64,000 nt of DNA. Source: a virus. Its lineage: Duplodnaviria; Caudoviricetes. The notes under the pieces were generated by a model. That model was not told the DNA's origin. It worked only from the letters and a program-made list of their open reading frames with translations, and did no database searches. Positions 54,721-62,919 of the stretch are shown piece by piece. Position numbers and translations under genes: made by a program. The stretch lies in IMG/VR virus record IMGVR_UViG_3300034061_004620. One strand, written 5' to 3'. Position 1 is the stretch's first letter. Every line of letters starts with the position of its first letter.

Positions 54721-55584
54721 ATGAGCAAAATTAAAGTAGCAGAACTGTTTTACAGCATACAAGGTGAAGGACGCTACATGGGTGTTCCCAGTGTGTTCTT
54801 GCGTACATTTGGATGTAATTTTAAATGTGCAGGCTTTGGTATGCCACGTGGCGAAATCAGTATTGAAGCAGATGATGTTGCATACACACATGCAAATATT
54901 GAATACTTTCACAAATATGAAGAACTTCCGTTAGTTAAAACTGGTTGTGATAGTTATGCCAGTTGGCACCCGGCATTCAAGGATCTTAGTCCGGTAATAG
55001 ATTCTGACGGTATTGTAGAGCGCATCATGCAAATTCTTCCGCACGGAAAATGGAAGGATGAACATCTGGTAATCACTGGTGGTGAACCTCTGTTAGGATG
55101 GCAGCGTAGTTATCCAGACTTGCTCAACCACCCACGTATGCGTAAGTTAAAAGAAATTACTTTTGAAACTAACGGTACTCAAGAGTTAACTGCTGATTTT
55201 GCAGATTATCTTGTACAATGGCAAATGCCTGGTCCTAATTTTTCTCGCGAGGTAACTTTTAGTGTAAGTGCAAAGTTACCAGCCAGTGGAGAATCGTGGA
55301 TCGAGGCTATTCGTCCAGAGATTGTACGTCAATATCAGACTATTGGACATACATATCTTAAGTTTGTTGTAGCCACAGATGAAGATGTAAAGGATGCGCT
55401 AAAGGCAGTTGAACAATATCGCAATGCCGGCTTTCATGGATCTGTTTATCTAATGCCCGTAGGTGGAGTAGAAAGTGTTTATTCATTAAATAATAGGCGA
55501 GTGGCAGAATTAGCTATGCGACATGGATTACGTTATAGTGATAGATTGCAAGTACCATTATTCAAGAACGAATGGGGAACGTAA
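54721..55584 (+). CDS. queE: 7-carboxy-7-deazaguanine synthase (radical SAM)
   Basis: ELFYSIQGEG, VFLRTFGCNFKC, CDS, ITGGEPLL, FETNGT. Confidence 0.9.
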   Translation: MSKIKVAELFYSIQGEGRYMGVPSVFLRTFGCNFKCAGFGMPRGEISIEADDVAYTHANIEYFHKYEELPLVKTGCDSYASWHPAFKDLSPVIDSDGIVERIMQILPHGKWKDEHLVITGGEPLLGWQRSYPDLLNHPRMRKLKEITFETNGTQELTADFADYLVQWQMPGPNFSREVTFSVSAKLPASGESWIEAIRPEIVRQYQTIGHTYLKFVVATDEDVKDALKAVEQYRNAGFHGSVYLMPVGGVESVYSLNNRRVAELAMRHGLRYSDRLQVPLFKNEWGT

Positions 55585-55748
55585 CTTCGCCTTGCAATAA
55601 TATTTGCAAATTAAATACAAATGATATTTGTACAGGATGCTTTAGAACAATTGCCGAAATAAGCAACTGGGCCAAATATACTGATGAAGAAAAAAGTGCA
55701 ATAATTAGACAATTACAAAACAGAATTCAAGGAGATTCTTATGTTTGA
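55572..55748 (+). CDS. DUF1289-like Cys-rich protein (58 aa)
   Basis: Translated by hand: SPCNNICKL...ICTGCFRTIAEISNW. Confidence 0.75.
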   Translation: MGNVTSPCNNICKLNTNDICTGCFRTIAEISNWAKYTDEEKSAIIRQLQNRIQGDSYV

Positions 55749-56127
55749 TTGGTTAAAGAAAAAGCCAGAAATAAAACAAGAAAAACCAAAAGTTAAAGTT
55801 AAAGCTAAAACGGCTAAAGAGATGGCTACAGAAGCCGGCGAACCGTATATCAGTGTAGTAAGTGTTGAGCTTGATCCTGATGATGTAGGCAACGGTGCAT
55901 TTGAGTTAGACTGGAATGAGGTATTTGTTGCAAGACTGGTCAAAGCAGGTTATATGCAAAAAAAAGATGATTCTGATGCTGAAATAGTGGACCGTTGGTT
56001 TCAGAGCATTTGCCGTAACATACTAAACGAAAATTTTGAGCAATGGGAAGCTAATCAGCCCATTGATTCAAGACCAAGAAGAGTAGATAGGAACGATCTT
56101 GGCAATGGAAGAGCCGAAATATCGTGA
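55741..56127 (+). CDS. Hypothetical protein
   Basis: AAGGAG SD. Confidence 0.7.
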   Translation: MFDWLKKKPEIKQEKPKVKVKAKTAKEMATEAGEPYISVVSVELDPDDVGNGAFELDWNEVFVARLVKAGYMQKKDDSDAEIVDRWFQSICRNILNENFEQWEANQPIDSRPRRVDRNDLGNGRAEIS

Positions 56128-56807
56128 TTCTATATGTAAATGGCGATAGTCATAGTGCAGGAGCAGAAGCTGTAAATAATTATTGTTTTGCTCAAGATGA
56201 TCCGTTATACAAAAATTTAGGCCGAATTCCGCACCCAGAAAATGAACGTGCCAGTTACGGTTGTTTGCTTGCTAATGAATTAAATGCTATATTTCACTGT
56301 GATGCCGAAGCCGCCAGCAGTAATGATAGAATAATTAGGACAACCAGACAATATATAAAAGAAACCGGCTCCCCCGATTTTATAGTAATAGGATGGAGCA
56401 CATGGGAAAGAGAAGAATGGTTTTTGGATGGTGTCTGGTGGCAAGTAAATGCCGGCGGTGTAGGTCATGACTGGCCCGAAGCAATTATAACTCGATACAA
56501 AAATTACGTGTTGAATATTAATAGAGAGGCATGTGAACGAAAAGCACACGAGTTGATTTATAATTTTCACAATGAACTTGAAAACCTTAAAATACCTCAC
56601 CTATTTTTTAACACTTACAGCGATTTTGTAAATCAACCGATGGTTGATTGGAAAAACAGTTATATTGAACCATACGACCCAGATATGACATATTGGCAAT
56701 GGTTAACCAATAATGGCTTTATCAGTTTACCAAGCTATCATTTTCGAGCAGATGCCCACAGAAAATGGGCAGAATTTCTTTTACCGCACTTGACACGGTT
56801 GTTATAA
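56124..56807 (+). CDS. SGNH/GDSL-like hydrolase-fold protein
   Basis: YVNGDSHSAG, SSNDRIIR, C-terminal YHFRADAH. Confidence 0.55.
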   Translation: MILYVNGDSHSAGAEAVNNYCFAQDDPLYKNLGRIPHPENERASYGCLLANELNAIFHCDAEAASSNDRIIRTTRQYIKETGSPDFIVIGWSTWEREEWFLDGVWWQVNAGGVGHDWPEAIITRYKNYVLNINREACERKAHELIYNFHNELENLKIPHLFFNTYSDFVNQPMVDWKNSYIEPYDPDMTYWQWLTNNGFISLPSYHFRADAHRKWAEFLLPHLTRLL

Positions 56808-56818
56808 TATGCTAATAT
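56790..56818 (+). promoter_or_regulatory. Sigma70-type promoter
   Basis: TTGACA-17 bp-TAATAT. Confidence 0.65.
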
Positions 56819-56824
56819 TACTGC

Positions 56825-57814
56825 ATGAGATATCTAATTGTAGACACCGCAAACACATTCTTTCGTGCTCGTCATTCAGCTCACCGTCAATCGGACACCT
56901 GGGATAAATTAGGATTCGCTATCCATGTTACCCTTGGTTCGGTTAATAAGGCTTGGCGGGATCAGAAAGCCGATCACGTGGTATTTTGTTTGGAAGGACG
57001 GTCATGGCGAAAAGATTATTACGAGCCGTACAAAAAGAATCGTGCAGTCGCTCGTGCGGCCCTCACTGAATCAGAGCAGGAAGAGGACAAACTATTTTGG
57101 GAAGCGTTTGATAACCTTAAAACGTTCCTCGCAGAAAAGACTAATTGCACAGTTCTTCAACACCCGGAACTTGAAGCAGATGATCTTATTGCCGGCTTTA
57201 TACAAGCCCACCCCAATGACGACCATGTTATCATATCCTCAGACACTGACTTCTATCAACTTCTTGCGCCGAACGTCCAGCAATATAACGGTGTTGCCGA
57301 CGAACTCCACACGTTAGAGGGCATTCTTGACAAGAAAGGTAAGCCAGTAATTGATAAAAAGACTAAGGAACCCAAGCGTATCCCTGATCCGCAGTGGATC
57401 CTGTTTGAGAAGTGTATGCGCGGCGATCCAACAGATAATATCTTTTCCGCTTATCCGGGTGTTAGGACCAAGGGTAGCAAGAACAAAATTGGTCTCACTG
57501 AAGCTTTTGCTGACCAACATAAAAAAGGATATGCTTGGAATAACCTTATGCTTCAGCGATGGACAGACCATAACGGTGTGGAACATCGAGTGTTAGATGA
57601 CTACGAACGTAATAGAGTGCTTGTTGATCTCTCTGCACAACCTGCAGAGATTAAAGCAAAAATCGCAGAGACTATAGCAGTAGGTGCAGTCAAGCAAAGT
57701 AGACCAATGGTAGGTGCTCAATTCTTGAAGTTCTGCGGCAAATATGAACTAAACAGACTTAGTGAACATAGTTCAAACTACGCTGAACTATTGGGCGCGG
57801 AATATCCCGGATGA
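56825..57814 (+). CDS. rnh: T4 RNase H-like 5'-3' exonuclease
   Basis: LIVDTAN, YKKNR, LEADDLIA, IISSDTDFYQL, GDPTDNI. Confidence 0.9.
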   Translation: MRYLIVDTANTFFRARHSAHRQSDTWDKLGFAIHVTLGSVNKAWRDQKADHVVFCLEGRSWRKDYYEPYKKNRAVARAALTESEQEEDKLFWEAFDNLKTFLAEKTNCTVLQHPELEADDLIAGFIQAHPNDDHVIISSDTDFYQLLAPNVQQYNGVADELHTLEGILDKKGKPVIDKKTKEPKRIPDPQWILFEKCMRGDPTDNIFSAYPGVRTKGSKNKIGLTEAFADQHKKGYAWNNLMLQRWTDHNGVEHRVLDDYERNRVLVDLSAQPAEIKAKIAETIAVGAVKQSRPMVGAQFLKFCGKYELNRLSEHSSNYAELLGAEYPG

Positions 57815-58185
57815 CAACATGGCTCATATTGGCCTTGTTGTTTGTAAAACATTTCTTGGCAGACTTTTGCTGGCAAAGCGATAGAATGCTCAAGGACAAA
57901 GGACACTTTGGTAGACTGGGCGGATTGCAACATGCTGGTCTACATGGTGCTTTAACTTATGTGATCCTTATGCATTTTTTGGGGTTGCAAGCCTGCGTTA
58001 TGTTAGCAGTATTTGATGCTGTAATTCACTATACAGTAGATTTAGCACATCGTAGAGTAACAGTTAGATTATCCACTGATGCAGATGCTTTTTGGTTCTG
58101 GATTGGTGTGGATCAATTGATTCACGCTATCACTTATCTACTTATTGGATTTGTGGTTGCAATTTTGTTAGCAGAATACATATGA
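57811..58185 (+). CDS. DUF3307-like membrane protein
   Basis: KHFLADF...Q, HAGLHG, HYTVD, GVDQLIH. Confidence 0.75.
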   Translation: MTTWLILALLFVKHFLADFCWQSDRMLKDKGHFGRLGGLQHAGLHGALTYVILMHFLGLQACVMLAVFDAVIHYTVDLAHRRVTVRLSTDADAFWFWIGVDQLIHAITYLLIGFVVAILLAEYI

Positions 58186-58526
58186 TAAAAAATATTCATA
58201 GTAGTAGTAATCATATACAAATTGGCGCTGGCTACAGTAATGTACCTCCAATGAGTCCAGGTGCACAAAGTGCCGGGATGTTGCGGTACAATACCAGCTC
58301 GAATACCATGGAAGTGTATAATGGAGTGGCATGGTTCTCTGTTGAAACTACCGCCGATATCTTGTTGAGTCCAATGGCACAACAAGCCATGGATTGGTCT
58401 ATTAAAAAAATGGAAGAAGAATCACGATTACAATCACTAATGGCCAGACACCCTGGACTAAAAGAATTAAATGACAAGTTTGAAATGATGAAGGTATTGT
58501 GTCAACAACAGGAAAATAAACAATGA
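58182..58526 (+). CDS. Hypothetical protein
   Basis: ATG 58182 overlapping the upstream stop; GMLRYNT motif. Confidence 0.6.
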   Translation: MIKNIHSSSNHIQIGAGYSNVPPMSPGAQSAGMLRYNTSSNTMEVYNGVAWFSVETTADILLSPMAQQAMDWSIKKMEEESRLQSLMARHPGLKELNDKFEMMKVLCQQQENKQ

Positions 58527-58792
58527 ATTGGTTACGACGAATCATACGCAATTGGTTGCAACAAGAAGAACCTATAATGCTTAAAGAAACAGTAGTATCA
58601 TCAAGAGATCATTTAAGAAATGAGGGATTAAACTTTACATTGCATCGAGCAGTAGGCGGTCACATTTTTGAATCAAGAAAATACAACGAAAAAACAGATA
58701 GACACGAAAATACCTTGTACATGATTCACGAAGACCAAGACTTTGCAAAACAAGTAGCACAGGCAATCATGTTGGAACAAATGAAGATATGA
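58523..58792 (+). CDS. Hypothetical protein
   Basis: Coupled ORF. Confidence 0.6.
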   Translation: MNWLRRIIRNWLQQEEPIMLKETVVSSRDHLRNEGLNFTLHRAVGGHIFESRKYNEKTDRHENTLYMIHEDQDFAKQVAQAIMLEQMKI

Positions 58793-59070
58793 GCACATAC
58801 ACCATGGCAGGATCATCGGCAGCAACTTTAGGTCCTTTAAGTATAGGACAAATATCACAAATTGATTTAGGTGCGGGTGCATACGGAATAGATAAAAAAT
58901 TACCAAACAAAAAAATATCCTTTGATGTACATACCGCCCATGGCGGATATGTGATTAGGGTATCGCAAGGTTACGGCAACGAGGATGATATGTATGTTAT
59001 AGGAGACAGTCAGGATCTCGGTCAAGAATTAGGAAAAATTGTAACACATCATACATTAGCAAAAAAATGA
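58789..59070 (+). CDS. Hypothetical protein
   Basis: Coupled ORF. Confidence 0.6.
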   Translation: MSTYTMAGSSAATLGPLSIGQISQIDLGAGAYGIDKKLPNKKISFDVHTAHGGYVIRVSQGYGNEDDMYVIGDSQDLGQELGKIVTHHTLAKK

Positions 59071-59543
59071 CCACCCCAATCGCCAAACCAGTAGTTAAAA
59101 ATAAATTTTGGGTAGTTGAAAACCAAGGTGAAAAAATAGCAACCATACAGGCAGTTAATCATGGTGGTGTTGTTTACGTTCACAATGAACAAAGAGAATT
59201 TTTCCCGAGTGTTAAAGTTCTAAAACAAAAATATAATATAAAATTTTCATCAACAGCCAAATCACAAAAAAATAGTACCAGTAAAGTTTACGGATTTCCT
59301 ATCTCAGGTAAAAGTTATAACGTGGTTTATGATGTTAAAAATCGTATACCCATTTATACAAAAACAGAAAAAAGTAAGAGTCAATATTGTGCCGGTTATT
59401 ACTTGATACTTTCTAATAACGTATGGAGCAAACATTTTTGTCCAAAACGTATCACTATCACCAGATATCAATTTTGTGGACCTTATCAAAACGAAGAAGA
59501 CATAACGATCAAACTCAAGGAACTGACCAATGCAGAAACTTAG
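59067..59543 (+). CDS. Hypothetical protein
   Basis: Coupled ORF; CAGYY and KHFCPK motifs. Confidence 0.65.
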   Translation: MTTPIAKPVVKNKFWVVENQGEKIATIQAVNHGGVVYVHNEQREFFPSVKVLKQKYNIKFSSTAKSQKNSTSKVYGFPISGKSYNVVYDVKNRIPIYTKTEKSKSQYCAGYYLILSNNVWSKHFCPKRITITRYQFCGPYQNEEDITIKLKELTNAET

Positions 59544-59742
59544 TCTGGCATTTCGAAATTTCAACAACAAAGTGCAACAAATGAATCAAACCGGCGCCAA
59601 GCAATTGGTGCTTAATGCAGATGAGGCAAGAAATCTACATGCCGACATTTATATACTTTTGGCAAACTTGGCTGAAACGCAAGCCGAATCAGAACCCGTA
59701 GCAAATGCCCAAACGTTTATGGACGGTGGCGGCTTTAAATAA
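59530..59742 (+). CDS. Hypothetical protein
   Basis: AAGGA SD; overlaps the upstream gene. Confidence 0.6.
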   Translation: MQKLSLAFRNFNNKVQQMNQTGAKQLVLNADEARNLHADIYILLANLAETQAESEPVANAQTFMDGGGFK

Positions 59743-59786
59743 AATACGCCGTTTACTATGATAAATACATAATCAAGGATCAAGCA

Positions 59787-60074
59787 ATGGCAAGACCCAA
59801 ACCAACTGTGTTGTTAGAGCATGTAAATAAAACTAACTACAAGAGTGACCAAGTGCTGAGCTCAGAAGGTATTTGGGCAGTTTTTTACGACAATGCGCCT
59901 ATCAATTTAAAAACACATCACACCTTATTACACTATCCAGGACCAAAATACAAGAAGGTTTCGTTTAGCAATAGTGGACATGCTATTAATCTTTGCAAAA
60001 AACTTAACACCCTTTTTAAAACGGACAAATTCACTGTGGTCCTAATGAAACAAGGTGATCAAATCTACCCGTAA
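59787..60074 (+). CDS. Hypothetical late protein
   Basis: TAAATA at 59762 and an AAGGA SD. Confidence 0.7.
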   Translation: MARPKPTVLLEHVNKTNYKSDQVLSSEGIWAVFYDNAPINLKTHHTLLHYPGPKYKKVSFSNSGHAINLCKKLNTLFKTDKFTVVLMKQGDQIYP

Positions 60075-60420
60075 TCAACAAAGTTACACCGAAGGTATAC
60101 TACAAGCAGGTGATCATAGTGCCACCGAATATCCACAGTATATCAAAGTTTGGTGGTGGAACCCCACCGATCCAAACAGTTTACGACTAAGCAAATCTGG
60201 TTGGCAATTTATTAAGAAGTTTACAAAAATTCCTTTATACGAATGCAGTTTAAGCGAACCTTTGCGTAATCGTACCCTTATACAACTAAGCCGGCTATTT
60301 ACTTGTCCCTATTATATTGAAAAACCAGATAAATTAATTCTATTGGGCGAGCAAGAAACTGTACTGCTTAAATTGCACGCCGACAATCTTCAACAATACC
60401 TGGACAACTTACAACTTTAA
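60055..60420 (+). CDS. Hypothetical protein
   Basis: GTG start overlapping the upstream gene. Confidence 0.6.
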   Translation: MIKSTRNQQSYTEGILQAGDHSATEYPQYIKVWWWNPTDPNSLRLSKSGWQFIKKFTKIPLYECSLSEPLRNRTLIQLSRLFTCPYYIEKPDKLILLGEQETVLLKLHADNLQQYLDNLQL

Positions 60421-60426
60421 CAACCG

Positions 60427-60455
60427 TTGCACATAATTCGCGTTTTGCATATAAT
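60427..60455 (+). promoter_or_regulatory. Sigma70-type early promoter
   Basis: TTGCAC-17 bp-TATAAT; AGGAGG SD downstream. Confidence 0.75.
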
Positions 60456-60481
60456 GTACAGTCTCGTTAAAAGGAGGCTAT

Positions 60482-60829
60482 ATGCAAGCTCGTACATATA
60501 TTACAAAATATGCAACTCGCAATAGCAATAAAGCAATAGTTCAATATTACAAAATACCCGCTACAACAAAATGGGTAGAGTACATGTTAGACAAGCATGA
60601 TGTTAACAAAATACTAATGGATAGCGATTTTGCAACAAAAATGGACTTGTTAGAAGTTTTGCAAGTTTTAGAGCGCAAAATTGACTATATGTATAAGCAT
60701 CCAAATTTTAATTTTAAAAAAGCAACAGATTTGTTCCATATTATGAAAAATGCAACAAAAGTTGCACCTTTAGCAACACCCACAAATGTTGCTAAAAAGC
60801 AACAAAAAAAGAAGCTCAAAAAACGGTAG
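60482..60829 (+). CDS. Hypothetical early protein
   Basis: Strong SD; basic tail. Confidence 0.65.
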   Translation: MQARTYITKYATRNSNKAIVQYYKIPATTKWVEYMLDKHDVNKILMDSDFATKMDLLEVLQVLERKIDYMYKHPNFNFKKATDLFHIMKNATKVAPLATPTNVAKKQQKKKLKKR

Positions 60830-60855
60830 ACTAAAAAGACCCATTTTGCTATACT
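60827..60855 (+). promoter_or_regulatory. Sigma70-type early promoter
   Basis: TAGACT-17 bp-TATACT. Confidence 0.65.
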
Positions 60856-60901
60856 GTATGTGTTGTGTAGTTAATTTAACCCGTAATTTATAGGAGAGTA
60901 C

Positions 60902-61297
60902 ATGTCTAAGACTTTTACTTTTGCAGGCACTTGCGTTGAGAATGGTGCTGTTGTTTACAAATTTGCTAACGACGCTAATCGTGCTAAGGCACTTGAGCGT
61001 TTTGGTTGCACTGAGATTAACATTGTTGCACTACCCAATGCAATGGACAAGGATGCTGCCGTTGCATACTTGGCTACGGTGGGTATGACTGCTACTAAAC
61101 CGGCTCGTGCTGCTAAGGCTGCAAAGCCTGCTGTTGTCAAGGTTAAGGCTGCTAAGACTACTAAAGTAGTCGCAACCAAAGCCAAGCGAGTGCCAGCTGA
61201 ATTGAAGCCTGGCATGGATGCTGCCAAGTTCTTTGATGCATGGATGGCTGACAAGGCTGTTAAAGCAGATGAATGGCGCGAGAAGAACGGTCTGTAA
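60902..61297 (+). CDS. Early protein with histone-H1-like Ala/Lys/Pro-rich segment
   Basis: KPARAAKAAKPAVVKVKAAKTTKVVATKAK; AGGAG SD. Confidence 0.7.
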   Translation: MSKTFTFAGTCVENGAVVYKFANDANRAKALERFGCTEINIVALPNAMDKDAAVAYLATVGMTATKPARAAKAAKPAVVKVKAAKTTKVVATKAKRVPAELKPGMDAAKFFDAWMADKAVKADEWREKNGL

Positions 61298-61300
61298 TAA

Positions 61301-61338
61301 AATGAGCGTCTGTTGTGTAAAAGCGACAGACGCTTATT
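61301..61338 (+). terminator. Strong hairpin after the H1-like gene
   Basis: AATGAGCGTCTGTTG / CGACAGACGCTTATT, a 15-bp stem with two G-U pairs. Confidence 0.6.
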
Positions 61339-61386
61339 CGCGATTGTACTATAATATTGTTTCACACGTTGACAAGGAGAATATAA

Positions 61387-62490
61387 ATGGCAGTTACAGA
61401 AACCCGTACGGTTACGCCCGAAGAGGCTCGTAGTCGTATCCTAAGGTCGTTTAAACACAAACGACCTATGTTCCTTTGGGGACCACCAGGTGTTGGTAAA
61501 AGCGAGGTAATCGCTGACATTTGTCGCGAGCTCGGCGGGTACATGATTGACCTGCGTCTTTCGCAGATGGAACCTACAGACATGCGCGGCATTCCATTCT
61601 ATAACAAAGACAAGGGTCTTATGGATTGGGCACCGCCAATTGACTTGCCTGATGAAGAACTTGCGGCACAGTATCCGATTGTAGTATTACTCCTGGATGA
61701 GATGAATTCGGCTGCACCCGCAGTGCAAGCCGCAGCATATCAACTAATTTTGAATCGTCGTATTGGCAAGTATCGATTGCCAGACAATGTCGTAATGGTT
61801 GCAGCGGGTAATAGAGATTCGGACAAAGGCGTTACATATCGTATGCCAAGTCCACTTGCCAATCGCTTTGTACACTTGGAGGTCCGTCCAGACTTTGAAT
61901 CCTGGCAGACATGGGCTGTTAAGAACAAAATCCATGCGGATGTTGTTGGTTATCTGTCGTTCGCTAAGAGTGACATGTTTGACTTTGATCCGCGTAGTAA
62001 CAGTCGTTCGTTTGCTACACCGCGTTCGTGGACCTTTGCAAGTGACTTTTGCAAAGACACAGACATGCCCGCGTCAGAACTAACGGATCTTGTTGCAGGC
62101 TGCGTAGGCGAGGGTATTGCACACAAGTTTATGGCTCATCGCAAAGTGGCTGGTTCGCTGCCAAAGCCCGAAGACATTCTTGCAGGCAAGGTTAAAGAAC
62201 TCAAGACCAAAGAAGTGTCGGCTATGTATTCGCTGACCACCAGTATGTGCTACGAGTTACAAGACTTTCACACCAAGAATAAAGACAAGATCGCCGAGTT
62301 CCATAAGATGGCCGACAACTTCCTGCGGTTCATGATGGATAACTTTACTACCGAAGTCACTGTCATGGGTGCGCGAGTTGCGTTGACTACATACAATCTG
62401 CCAATGGTTCCAGGCAAGATGCCAAGCTTCGATGAGTTCCATCAGCGTTACGGCAAGTATGTTCTTGCAGCAGCCGGTTCGTCTAAATAA
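61387..62490 (+). CDS. MoxR-like AAA+ ATPase
   Basis: WGPPGVGKS, LLLDEMN, AAGNR, PLANRF, TPRSW. Confidence 0.85.
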   Translation: MAVTETRTVTPEEARSRILRSFKHKRPMFLWGPPGVGKSEVIADICRELGGYMIDLRLSQMEPTDMRGIPFYNKDKGLMDWAPPIDLPDEELAAQYPIVVLLLDEMNSAAPAVQAAAYQLILNRRIGKYRLPDNVVMVAAGNRDSDKGVTYRMPSPLANRFVHLEVRPDFESWQTWAVKNKIHADVVGYLSFAKSDMFDFDPRSNSRSFATPRSWTFASDFCKDTDMPASELTDLVAGCVGEGIAHKFMAHRKVAGSLPKPEDILAGKVKELKTKEVSAMYSLTTSMCYELQDFHTKNKDKIAEFHKMADNFLRFMMDNFTTEVTVMGARVALTTYNLPMVPGKMPSFDEFHQRYGKYVLAAAGSSK

Positions 62491-62509
62491 TTGAGTCGCG
62501 TGTGAGGCA

Positions 62510-62543
62510 GGGGCAGGACTTGGTCCGTAAGACCCCTTTTTTT
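62510..62543 (+). terminator. Intrinsic terminator
   Basis: GGGG...GGAC-TTG-GTCC...CCCC followed by T7. Confidence 0.65.
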
Positions 62544-62546
62544 ATT

Positions 62547-62867
62547 ATGAAATATTTTGTTGAACAATTAGACAAGAGACATACAGGGCATTATCTGTGG
62601 CGTTATCGTTTGCGTATACAAGTCAATTTTGATCTTAACAGATCTCATTATAGAAATTTTCATGTGCTAAGATCTTGGATGATTGAGCAGTACGGTGTAA
62701 GTTGCGAACGAGATTTATATGGTAGCACCGCAATCAGTTGTAAAGGATATGAACCATTCAATCCGCCATGGTGTTGGCATGTGGATAAAGGTTATCCAAA
62801 CCATCAATACATATATGTTAAAGATGACACGGTCCTTAGTAACGTCACTCTTAAATGGATCGTTTGA
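62547..62867 (+). CDS. Hypothetical protein
   Basis: ATG 62547; AT-rich insert between two higher-GC genes. Confidence 0.55.
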   Translation: MKYFVEQLDKRHTGHYLWRYRLRIQVNFDLNRSHYRNFHVLRSWMIEQYGVSCERDLYGSTAISCKGYEPFNPPWCWHVDKGYPNHQYIYVKDDTVLSNVTLKWIV

Positions 62868-62892
62868 CTATAAATCCAGAACACGCTATAAT
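62864..62892 (+). promoter_or_regulatory. Sigma70-type early promoter
   Basis: TTGACT-17 bp-TATAAT; AAGGAG SD. Confidence 0.8.
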
Positions 62893-62919
62893 AATACATA
62901 TAGTTAAGGAGCATAACAC

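Larger units (their letters stand above)
7832..59767. promoter_or_regulatory. Recurrent TAAATA late-promoter motif (T4-late-like)
   Basis: Directly upstream of gene starts at 7832, 14135, 15278, 16150, 20274, 23249, 24908, 26146, 32403, 32858, 38256, 39244, 53918, 54112 and 59762 (+), and at 13207, 14017 and 52228 (-). Confidence 0.7.
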
